Source: Marsupella aquatica
Lineage: Eukaryota; Plantae; Marchantiophyta
Direction: 5' to 3'
DNA: 64,000 nt
NCBI GenBank assembly: GCA_973895155.1
Contig: OZ316899.1
Span: 11,407,675-11,471,674, forward strand
Shown: piece by piece, positions 38,932 through 50,111 of the stretch
How positions within the stretch are numbered: the stretch's first letter is position 1
How the letters are laid out: each line of letters opens with the position of its first letter
Position numbers and translations under genes: made by a program
The notes under the pieces: model-generated
Databases searched by the model: none
The model's input: the letters and a program-made list of their open reading frames with translations, nothing else
What the model was told of the DNA's origin: nothing

Positions 38932-41230
38932 TTACGTGCGAGCCGTGGTCGGACCAGGGTTTGTCCCCCTGTCAGGGCAAGACCTCGAGCCACCTTGATC
39001 AGAGGTGGGCCCAGGTCTTCCCCGCTGGAGGACGAGTAGGGTAATGCGGTCCTGCAAGGCCTTGTTGTCCTGCACCGCCTCCTCCGCCTCATTTGCAGCT
39101 TCGTCGACCTCTGTTTGGAGCCGTGCTACCTCCAGGTTGAGCTGGTCGATGGAGTCACGATGGGTCTGGTCCTGCGCCAACAATTTATCCCGTTCGGCGG
39201 AGAGACTAGCTACCTGCTGAGCTGTTTGTAGGAATTGGTTGTTGAGGTCGGTCAGGTTGGTAACCCGGGCTGAGGATTCCGATCGCAACTAAAGCACGGT
39301 ATCGTCCATCTTCTTGAGATCCGCTCGCGCCTTGCTTAACTCCTAGGTTAGTCCGTCCTGCTGTTCAACGGTGCGGACTAACTCCTCACGGCGGGTAGTG
39401 GCCTCCTCCTCGAGGTGTTCTACTAGCATTTGGAGGCACCCGATCTCATTCCCCTTTGCCATGAGTTCTTCTTCCAAGCAGCTTACGATCTGTGGTTGGT
39501 GCTCTAACATGAAGAAGGCTGGTTGAAAGTACGCTGAGACTTGTTGTTCGATGTACGTTGCCAGCTCCGTTGATAGAGTCTGACTAATCTTCTGGACCAG
39601 GTCGTAGGCCATGGTCCCTGGGGCTACTTGGTAGTCCTCCATCCTCTCGGGTACCGGTGGTTCCTCGGGCGGGGCAACGAGCTCCTCCGTAGTCTGCGCT
39701 GGGGAGGGGAAGGTTTCTTCAGGTGGTGGAGGGATTGGAGGTGGTTGTATTGGGGGTAGCGGAGGCTCGAGAGAAGGGGGCGGCGGAATTTCAACCCAGG
39801 GAGGTGACGGAGTATTAGTCGGGGCTTCCGGCTCGGGGTTTGCCCGAGGCGAGGTAGTCTGCTCGTTCAGGGTAGCCTCCTCCATAGCGGGGTGACATTA
39901 GTCGGGGCTGAGGTGGCCATATTCTTTCCCCTGGCCTCCCGCCGTGCCTTGTACCAGGCGAGGATGATGGCGATATGACTTCCCAGGTAAGTCTTCCCCC
40001 TATAGCCATACCTCCCTGAGCCCGCTTAAGCTCTCCCGAGAACCTTCGATAAAAGAATTGGGCCCAGTTTCGCCGTTTGTACTGTTCCACCTGCACGATC
40101 GTGCAGAGGGAGATCCCGGATCGTGGCTCAATCATGTGTAGGGTAGTCCGTATGAAGTTAAGCCGCTCCATGCAGATTAAGTTGGTGCACGACCCCTGCT
40201 TGTATCCGTTGTCCACCTTACCTTTGGGTTTGAAGTGCCGAGGTGTATACTCCTTATCCCGAATTTGGAGTTCAACCGGCATTGGCCCGATTGGCAGGCA
40301 GAAGATCTGTGCTAACCGATGTTCCGTGAGTGATAAGGTCTGCCCTAAAACCTTAGTGGTCGATGCGTCGGTGTTGAAATTGGAGATGAACTCACAAATC
40401 TCCTTTGGCCCGGCCGCGCACGGTCTCCATAGCAAGTGAGCGAACTGATCCAACTGATGCTCCTTGAGATAGTCCGCGTGGTCGAGTTTCTTGATCGCAA
40501 TCCAGACTACCTCGGGAACACGGATTACCTGTAATAAGTTAGACTTGGGATTATCCGGGGGCCGTCGGGTCTGGTTGGCCGGGGGGTTTGTCGGGGCAGG
40601 TGCAGGAGCGGCTTTGGTTCGCATTGTCGATTCGAGGGCCGGCGTCGTTCTTACCCGCTTACAAGAACGCTGCTCGAGATGCGGACTAACTCGCTCAAAA
40701 CCCAAAGAATACTCGGTGTTGTTCACGGGACAGACTTGGGACCGGTTTGGAGGTACGCCGATGGTCATCGGCTGAGGCGCTGGTGGTGTCGGTGTAGCCA
40801 TATCCCAGTTAAAGGCGTTGGAGCTTTCCCCGGGGAACATAAGATTACACACCGCTTCCTGTTGTCTGCTGATGTCTTCTTGGCGCTTTTCGGCTGCGAT
40901 CTGCTGGTCTAGGTACCCCGGGATCTTGTCAAACTTTGCTTTTTGCCTGTGCTACCTTGGCCACCAACTTTGCGTATCTTCTTTCGTAAGCGGCTTTCTC
41001 GGGACAAGAGTACCAGTAAGTCTCGGTGAACTTAGCACCTACCTCGCCAAACAAGGTCCAGAATCCCAAGGCTGTAAGGGTCATACTAACCTTTGTAGTC
41101 TGGTTCGTCGAGTCCGCGTTCCCGCTGTTCGGTGCGCTTACTGGTGGAGGCCTTCCTCACCCCGACTAAATCTTGCCACAACCCGCTCTTATCCCTCAAT
41201 GATCTCCTCGTAAAGGTTAGCTTGATTCGA
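38932..41230 (-). pseudogene. Disrupted copy of the LTR-A ORF
   Basis: ORF pieces 39815-40852, 39343-39885 and 38932-39288 match the protein at 54635-57082. Confidence 0.88.
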
Positions 41231-41250
41231 GCAAGAAGGCGAGAGAATGG

Positions 41251-44200
41251 TGTGATGCCTAGCCAGGAATCACTCGGCCAGTTAAGTGGGTAAAGCAGGA
41301 GTGCACCCTAGAAACACCTTAGTATAGGGACAAAACAAGGAAAATATAAACAATTAGGGGCGACTATGGAACCCGGGCCGAGGCCGGAGGTAAGGACGCT
41401 GGGGGTGAAAACAAGATTAGGGTTAGGGCGCGCTAAGCGTCGGCGGCTAGGAAGGATCAACGGGAGGAAGGACCGGAAGAGGAGAGGGGTAAGGAGCGCT
41501 TGCAGGGAATGGTGGCTCATTTGCGAGCACGAACTAGGCAGACGACTACGGGAGGCCAACTACTGTCAGCTGCTTAGGCAAGCACTCGGGGAGAGAGTAG
41601 ATACCGACGATCGACCTAAGGAGGGTATGAGCAACGTCAATCAAGCGGTACATTTCTGGGGATGCCTGTTCGAACGGGCAACTGAGTACATCAAGACTTA
41701 CGAGGACGAAGAATCAGAAAGGGCAGCTCGAGAACGGCAGGAGCTCGCTCGATTCTGGGAGCTATAGAAGACGGCTTTCTTAGGAGGCAAACTCATCAAG
41801 GCCGAGTTCTTGTGGACTCCTACTTCCAATCAGCTCGACAATCTTTTGTTTTGCGAAGACAGAGTCGTTGGCATCCGAGAAGCCATCAAACGCTGCAACA
41901 ACATACACTGGGAGTTGAAGGGTAGCACGGAGGGGTGGACAAAGGCAACCGTGCTAGGAGAGACATCCACAGGAGCCAAAATGAAGAGGAAGGGAGCCGT
42001 CAACAATGAAGCCACCCCGGCAAAAAGAACGAGGTCGGCGGCACCAAAGAAGCCAGCCGAGCAGCAGAGCAGGAGGCAAGGAGAAGCCAAAGAGGAGGAC
42101 GATCCCATCAATGCCATTCCAACCAGGGATGACACCTGGAAAGGCTGGGCGGCAACCCTACCAGAGGAGGTGCAACTACATTTTGCACGGGAGGAGGATG
42201 CATGCTTTACGGCCATGCAGACCAAGAAGTACCAAGGCTTCATGGCCGGATCCGGCTTAGAGGCCTTTGTAAGATTACCATGGCTGAAGCCGGAGGTGCC
42301 GGATTCAGACCTATTAGAATTCGTGGGGTCATGGGAACCCGAGACCAATTCCACGAGGATATATGGGAAGGATTTCTATCTTACTCCCAAGGTGATTGCC
42401 GAAGTGTTTGGCTTGCCGATAGGCAATAAGACCAAAGTTGATACCAGGAAGACCTTGCCTGACAAGGAGTTCCAGTCGTTCCCCGGGCCATCAACGAAGA
42501 ATGGCTTCTTCCGGAACACCTGCACCAACCCGCACATAGGAGAGATGATCGACTTCTTGCGGGTGACCATGCATTGTAACTTGCCGAGGGCAGAGATCGG
42601 CAAGGCACAGGTCTATCTGGCAGAGAGGCTAGACCCAAGCCGGGACTACAATGGGTACCTCCTCAACCAATTGAAGAAGATCTTAAAGGAGGAGCAGCAG
42701 GTAATCGGCCTGGGGAGCGTGTCGCGGCTTGGCTATCACATGCCGCTGTTGTGCCGGTATGCCAGAGGTCAGACCTTTGCCCCAGTACTTCCCCTGTAGG
42801 TAAGGGCACCCGAGGAAGCTCCAGCACCGAGGCCGGTAGCAGAGAAGCCTCAACCACCTATTAGCCCTACGATTGAGCAGGTGTTTAGGCCAAGGAAGGA
42901 AGACTTGCCGATGCAGCAACCAAGCATGCAGAATCTGCTGAAAATGCTGGAGAAGGAAAAGACGGCACTGGCACCAGCTTCGGCACCAGCACCAATACAG
43001 GACACTGCCCCAGAGGTCAACCTAAGCAGACTTAGAAGGGAAAACCCCTTTACCGGAAATAAGGAGAGAATCAGGCCAGAATCCAAGTCGGGTGTTCGAA
43101 TGTACGTGGGAGTCTCAAGCTCTGAATCTGAGGCAGAATTGCCTGAAGCTCCTACCGGCGAAGAGGAGAGGGAGAAGCCGGAAGTCCAAGAGGTGGAGGA
43201 GGCAATGGAGGACTGCAGCCATGATAACTCCGGCTATGGGTCGGACCATCACGTTCCAGGAGTAAGGACCTGTGGCCGGTTTATCCCCACACTTCCAAGG
43301 GTAGTTCGAGGGGACCCCAACCAGTAGAGTAGCCCCGAGTCTCCCCCACCAGATGTTGCTCCCCCGAGCTTTGACGACATAAAGCAGACGGCACAGGAAT
43401 TCCAGGAGCGACTTAGGGAAGCAGAAAAGGCAGCCCTGGCTAGGGAAAAGGATTTGCCAGGAGGAGATTGGCCGGAGGACATCAGGCGGCTAGCCGAAAA
43501 AGGAAGCAAACCTCTAGCCACGATTGAAGAGATCCGCAAGACGGCTTGGGAGCAGAGGCCGCGATGGGCGATGCCGATCACTTCTACTTACTCCACCTAC
43601 GCTAAAAATAGAGCCATGGAGTATGGTGAGATATGTGGGGAACTTGCGCTTGGCATCTTTGGGGAGGAGTTGGAGGTAGGACCCTTTTTCCATAGGGAGC
43701 AGTTGGAGAAGCACCAATTAGAAGAAGCGGTGGCTTTAGAGAGAAGCAAGAAGGACGAGGTCATCCGACGGCTTAGGAGGATGGAAGCCGAGATTGAAGA
43801 TCTAAGGGCGGCCAAGAAAGCCCAAGATGAACTGCGGATTAAGCGGCATGAGCTGAACATCATGCAGGGGCAGTTGGACACCGCGCAGGCTGATAATCAG
43901 ATTATCAAGGATAAACTGACTCAGACCCAGGGAGAATTGGCCGACGCAATCAAGGACAGGGAGAAATGGAAGAAGGAGCTGAGAGACGTAGAGGAGGCCC
44001 ATATAGCAGTCAACAACCGGGTCACGGCGGAGACTCAGAGAAGGGAGAGGGCGCTGAAGGAAGAGCTCGAGGTCATCCGTAGAGCCCTTGAGCAGAAGGA
44101 GGCCGAGTTAGGGAAATCCTATCAAGGGATTATTGCGCTACAGCAGGAGCTTGCGTCCCTGACGGCCAGCTTCAAGGCCGACCTGCGGGAGAAGGACGCC

Positions 44201-45916
44201 CAGCTCGACCAGACCTATGCCAAGATGAATAACATGGAGTCTAAGGTCGTAGCGGAGCTCGACAAGGAGCTAAGAGCAACCCAGGAGGAGAGGGCTACCA
44301 CCAAGAAGGAATTGGAGGAAGCCCACAGGGAATTGGAGGAAGCCAAAAACGAGCTGGAGGAGGCACGTAAGGACCTGGATGAGACCCAGGAGGAGTTGGA
44401 GGAAATCACGAGGAAGATGGAGAACCTACAGCGGCGGGCCGACAACCAAACAGAGCGGCTGAAGAAACAAGCCGCAGTATTTAAATGCTTAGCTGCATCA
44501 GGTCCATCTCCCGTTGGGGCAAACCAGTTACCCGGGGTGGTAATTGCCGAAGGACCAGCCGTGACACACGGCCCGGTGCCGGATGTTGGCGGCAAGGGGA
44601 AGGAACCGGCTATGTAGATAGTGAAGAAGAAGAAGCGGAAACCTTCGGGGTCCGAAGGTTATTCGACCCCTCAAGCCGTACTCAAACCGGTACCAACCTC
44701 CGGCATGAACACGGCAATAGATCCCGCTATCACCAAAGGTGGGGATGGCGCGGCCCAAGCCGAACTACTCAGTAATGAGGCCGGTATCCCAGATCCACCT
44801 CTTGAGCAGGCCGGGGAGGCCGTGGCCGAAGCTGAGGCCGTAGCCGAGGCTGATGTTGAAGCCAATGCTGTTGCCGGGGGTGGACCCAATCAGGCCGATG
44901 GAGAGTTGACTCAGTCAAGCGCAGGTAATCTGTCAGAGAACGAACCTACGGCAGTGGCTGAGGTGGAAGCGTTGGGGGCGTCCACTGAGGAACAGCCACC
45001 GCTGCCATGATGGTGGTGGAGGGCCGCTCCTTTCAAGGAGGGCGGACGTGGAGGGAGGAGGCGTGAGTGGGCAGGGCGGGCTCAGATCTCTAAGTTTAGG
45101 ATTAGGATCAGGACCAGGAGGCGGCCCTGACACTTAGCTTAGTGGGATTGCGGTTCCACTGGTAAGAGCAACACTTGTACTCCTGCCTCGCTGTACATAG
45201 GTAGATCCAGTTAGGTAGATTAGGCTTATGCTGCAAAGAATTAGGCGGATCCACTACCAGGATAAGTACCTGGGCAGCGGGGAGCTCAGGGCCTCTTCTT
45301 TAGCAAGTTTTTAGTTTGCACCAGCCGGGCTGGGATCAAGTAGTAAGAGAAGCTCTCGGTTAGTCATACAGTGACCCTTGTGTATATTCATGTTTCCTCA
45401 TGCCTAAGAGCTGAATAGAGTTGGCCTCACGGCTTAGTTTGCAGACCTTGTGTATGAGATGTACTGTTTGTATGGCAAGTGCATGGTATGACTCAGTCAG
45501 AAGGAGTCATTTTGCTATTTGTGTGTCGCATTAACTTGTGTGAAGAGTGCCCACATCAACTAATAGAGGAAGGAAAGTAAGTAGGGGAGTGAGAGTTGGA
45601 TGTGTCGAGCTGAGAGAGGTCTTAGCGGCTTAACCAAGCCTATTGGGGATCATTCCGGCGGCGGAATCCAAACATACCTAACAAGACGGAGGGGAAGACA
45701 AGGAAAGGCCTAGATTAGGCCGGCTACGTATCTCATGACCCGATGAAGGATCTGTCCAGTATATGTGTGTAAAATTTTAATAGTAGTAGTAGAAGGAGGT
45801 TAGCAGCGTCCCATGCCGCTAAGCCACAGAAACGGCCTCGCCAAGCGCGAAACCTGCGGGAATCGGCTTGCGCTGGGGGGGTTTCTTGGGTTTAGGGAGC
45901 CATGGGACGCACCACA
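41251..45916 (+). mobile_element. Solo LTR of family B (4666 bp)
   Basis: Ends TGTGATGC...GCACCACA; perfect TSD AATGG at 41246-41250 and 45917-45921; same start as the 3' LTR at 53302. Confidence 0.92.
41366..45010 (+). pseudogene. LTR-encoded PMD-like plus long coiled-coil protein (~1200 codons, in-frame stops)
   Basis: Six ORF pieces, all in the same frame and separated by single stops; motif LLEFVGSWEPETNSTRIYGKDFYLTPKVIAEVFGLPIG; E/K-rich heptads at 43700-44470. Confidence 0.8.
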
Positions 45917-47727
45917 AATGGCAGCGTTCGCGAATTTTGAAAGGTAGAAATGAGCAAATGGCCCGCAACGCCATCGACTCCGCTCTTATGGAGGTGCCAG
46001 GGTGAGCTTCAAGCGTGAGTGGGCAAGGTCATTCCGGTCGTTGATGATGAGCTAAAGTCGGCGTCTCGGTCCAAGCGTGATTCTTCTAACGGATTCTACT
46101 CCGCCGCCGCCACCGTACTGCGGTCGAGCGTAATAACCCTCTGCCTTAATTCGTAATCATCCGATCCACTAACCTACTCCTAATCTATTCATAATGGCAA
46201 AGATGGCTATTCGTGCTATTCTACGCTACGGCTACGGTCCTAATGACCGTATAAGACCTAATCTACGACCTGCGTTCGGTTAAGTGACACGTTACCCTGT
46301 CACAATGAGATCTGTATGTGCCCCCAAGAACAAAGTGCAGTGAAGGAGGTTGAGTTTGCAAGGCAAGTACGCGATTGGTTTGAGTCCAATCTACCGTCAC
46401 AATCTGGAGTGAGTCGGGCTTAGGTTCAGGATTGAGCTTCCAGGGCAAGCACGGGGCTTGCAGGGCAAGCATGTTGCAATCTGGAGTAGATAGCCTTTGG
46501 GCCTATTGTTTGGATCAAGTGTTCTCAGTGAATTATTGTGCACATCTTTGAATCTAATTGAGTTCTCCTCTCAGGCCTCATTTCTCTCATGGATGTGTGT
46601 GTGTGTGAGGCAATCTGAGTGTATGATGGGACTAGAAGCGCCACTGATAGGTGTATCGGGTGCATTGAAGTGGGTTGGGTGAGGGTTGTCACAACTCTGA
46701 TTGCTGAGAGTGGAATGGCAGAGTGGTGGGGTAATGGCTTAGAAGTCCCTAAGCCGGGAATCAATAAGGAGTCACTAGTTTATGGGTACATTCCGGCGGC
46801 GGAATAGAAATATACCTATGACAGTAAGCATACATATAGACATATGCAAACCATAGCGCTAGGCCCTGTGTGTACGGGCCCGATATGAAGACCCCTTCTC
46901 ACCAGAACTATCATGAGCACAGGATTTGATTCCCAACCTTGATTCCTAAGGATTGAGCTTGGGTGATGTGTGACAAAGTCTTGCTATGATAGTCTGGTTA
47001 AGGGCATAAGCGGGTGTTTACCGGCCTTCACAACATCCCTTCGTGATCCTCAGGTACAAGGAGATGGTTTTGGCACCCAATAGTGATGTTTTCGATGTTA
47101 AGACCCATGTCATCGTGTGACAATAGGAGAGTAGTTTTTCTCAGTTGCAAATAGCTGACGGCTAGCAAAATAGATGGGGTGATCACAATCGTCATCGTCC
47201 AGCTGGCTCAGGACGGACCCGATGCAAAACCCTGAGACATCAACATACACATGGAATTCTTTATTCCAATCCTGGGTTACCATGATGGGTTTTGTGGTGA
47301 GTCGATGCCTGAGCTCCTCGAAGGCTATGCGCCTTCGGGGTGTTTCTTCAATTATTGCGTCCTTCTTCATCATCTCCGTTAGTGGTAGCGCGACTTTTGC
47401 AAAGTCTTTGATAAAGCGGCGACAGTAGCCTACACAGCCAAGGAACGATCGTACGGCTTTTTGATTGATGGGGAACACCACCGTCATCCTGTCAGATGCC
47501 TAACAAACATAATTACATGGGAATTATGTAAATATGGGTAAAAGTTTTGTTTTGTGTACAATTTGTATCAATTAGTTATTTAGTGTACAAAACTAATATC
47601 AATAAATGTATTGATTCTAGAAAAATATTGACTAGGGAAGATAAGTTATAGTTGAAGGTCAATAGAAAAAATAAGTATCATCTAAGTAGTGGTGGTAGGT
47701 GTCAACTAATGAGTGATCAAATAAATC

Positions 47728-47947
47728 AATAGAGAATGCCCAAAATTGTTACATAGTCACAACTAGAAAATATCTTTGAGAAACAAATCTCAAAATAAGT
47801 CCAAAAAAAGTTTGAAAATGGAAGAGTCTACAACTTGCAAGAAAAGTTATAAAAAAACAATAGGGAATGCCCAAAATTGCTACATGGTCACAACGAAAAA
47901 TATATCTTTGAGAAAAAATCTCAATATAAGTCCAAAAAAATGAAAAT
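47728..47947. repeat. ~90-bp direct duplication in AT-rich DNA
   Basis: AATAGRGAATGCCCAAAATTG...AAGTCCAAAAAAA at 47728 and 47859. Confidence 0.75.
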
Positions 47948-50100
47948 TGTTATAACACTTAGATTACACTCTAAGTGACCATTACATTACACCCCAAATA
48001 ACCCTTAGAGGTTAGGACAGTTACCCAACTGACCCTCAATGTAACCCATATATATTTACACTCCTAATAGAAGAAGGATGAATGTTGATGAACACATTGT
48101 GTGAAACACGTTATCAGCACGAGCTGATGGATGGGACAAAAAACATTTAGGCAGAGGATGATGGCGCAAAGTTGAATTTCAGAAGAACAATTCATAATTT
48201 TTAAAAAAAAATCCTCTCCCTCGATTAGAGCTGATTTCCAAATTTGAACTCAATGAGCTTATCTCCAGACCGGAACGATCCATAGCCACACAACGATTGT
48301 ATTATCAAAGAACCTGATTACAAGCCAGCATCGAAGCATCCAGTCGCAACGACCAATCATGGAAAAATTACAGTTTAAGGCTCTAGCGATCGATGGCGCA
48401 AATTACTTGTCTTGGTCTTTAGATGTGGAGGCACATCTAGCATCTAAAAACCTACAGGACACAATCTTAACTGATGTAGGTACTACACTGCAACAGAAGG
48501 CTCAGGTCTTGATCCTTATCAGACACCATCTTGCTGAGTTGCTTAAGACTCAATATCTAATCATTACAACCCAAGGGTCCTATGGGACGAACTACAATTA
48601 CAATTCAATCACATGCGGATGATATCACTTTTGACTGCCCACCACAATTGGATAAATCTGCGAGTACAAGATTACAGCAGAATTGCGAGTTACAACAATG
48701 AACTGTTCCGTATTACCTCCCAATTAGCAGTTTGCGGAAATCCAATCAACGATGCGGAGCAAATAAAAAAGACTCTTTCCACTTTTCATGTAACTAACAT
48801 AGTACTTGCCTCTCAATATCAAAACATGAATTTCATGAGATATTCTCAATTGATATCTCATATGCTCCTTGCTGAGAAGCATCAAATCCTAATTCTCCAT
48901 AATGCAAAGACCAGACCACCAGGGAGTGCCGCACCTCCACCCAGATCGGAAAATCACCTTATCGAATCCTCCTCAAGATTCAGGGGATGAGGATGTGGAG
49001 GTTTTAGGGGGAGCAGAGGACGTTGTCGTGCCAAAAGATTTTGGCTCAAGAATGGCTTTTATAGGGGATGATGGGCGAGGCCTCCCGGTTGGGTTGCGTG
49101 CATGCTGACTCGGAGGGGCTGCTTGGTTGGATGGATTGAGGTTTGGCGATTGGGTGACTCGTCGTCACCAGGTTTGGTGTTTGGGTGAGTCACCAGGCTT
49201 GGAGTTTGGATGAGCCTCGCTGCTGGCAGCTGGCTCAGACTGGATGGTTGGGTTTCCGATGCTACTTAAGACTTGAGCCTCGGCTCATTGAGGTTGGCGG
49301 TTGTCTATTGAGATCTGTTGAGTTGCGTTCTATGAGTTTCGCTCCGTTCTGCGGAACTCGACTGTTGTGCGACGGTTTTGGAGTTCCGAGTGAGTTTTCG
49401 ATCCAGGTGGGGAGTTTTCGATCCAGGCGGGGAATTTCTCGAGTCTGGAGTCTCGTTGATCCAGGCCGGGATTTCTCAAGTTTTGAGTCTTGTCGATCCA
49501 GGCGAGGGTTTCTCAAGTTTGGAGCCTCGTTGGTCCAGGCCCGAGTTCCATGCGAGTTGTTTTAGACTAGTGGAGTAGCTAGTCAAGTTTTTGGTTTTGT
49601 GAGCTAAGGAGGATAGTTTTTTTGTCAGATTTTGAGTAGTTAGTCACTCGAGGAGTTCTACCCGACAAGTTAGAGGTAGCGGCCCGCCGTAGGGCCAGCT
49701 ACCAGACTCTTGTGAGCAAGCTTACTCGAGGGCACCTATTGTAACCTTTGTGAGAAAAGTAAAAAATATAAAAGAGTGAGAGTTTGCTCCGAAAAGTGCT
49801 TGTCACCTGTCCCAATCGCAGCCAGAAACGTGTAGTTTGCCCGAGGAGCCCCTAACTTTGAGTCCTCGCGACAACGCCCATATGGAAGAGGATGTTACCA
49901 AGGATACAAAGGCAGAGGAGGAGGCTGGCCAGAATTCCAAGAACCCCCCGGGTGGAATCAAGGTAGAAGCTACACAACACAACCAGGAGATAAGTCCACT
50001 ACACCTTCTTGTTTCCAATGTGGTATGACAAGACATCTACAAAAAGAATGTAGAGCTCCTGCACACTTAGTTAAGCTCTATAAAGAAAGTATTAACAGGC
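47948..50100 (+). mobile_element. Truncated Ty1/Copia element, Bianca-like (short 5' LTR 47948-48108, PBS, broken gag)
   Basis: TGTTATAA...AACA followed by CGTTATCAGCACGA. Gag reads KLQFKALAIDGANYLSWSLDVEAHL and ILIRHHL, with knuckle CFQCGMTRHLQKECRAPAHLVKLY at ~50010-50090. Confidence 0.8.
49024..49873. mobile_element. 850-bp solo-LTR-like insertion in the Copia gag, with an internal tandem repeat of roughly 40 bp
   Basis: Ends TGTCGTG...CGCGACA; flanks ACGT/ACGC; the G/R-rich gag sequence resumes after it; GATCCAGG units at 49400-49540. Confidence 0.65.
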
Positions 50101-50111
50101 AACCAGCTTAG

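Larger units (their letters stand above)
37948..46304 (-). mobile_element. Solo LTR of family A (~3.7 kb net), containing a nested solo LTR-B
   Basis: Reverse-complement homolog of 54229-58065 from end to end; TG..CA ends; TSD GTGAG/ATGAG (4 of 5). Confidence 0.88.
26088..47122. mobile_element. Solo LTR-like element, family C (~2.7 kb net: 26088-27988, 37929-37947, 46310-47122)
   Basis: Ends TGTGACGCCAATGACATGG and CCATGTCATCGTGTGACA form an imperfect inverted repeat; TSD GTAGG/ATAGG (4 of 5). Confidence 0.75.
25325..47489 (-). pseudogene. Gypsy pol remnant (pieces 47123-47489 and 25325-26087: RT end, RNase H, integrase start); host of the central nest
   Basis: VYVDVSGFCIGSVL...KNYSP continues as PTDREALGIIYS across the insertion; HKEDTGAHF..CDLCQR and WGIDYIGPF follow. 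Closely similar to the pol at 62100-63250. Confidence 0.88.

Noticed and set aside
43454-44617. Host myosin/SMC-like gene or retroviral env
   Set aside because: It is only a coiled-coil part of the LTR-encoded frame, with no motor or ATPase motif and no clear transmembrane segment.
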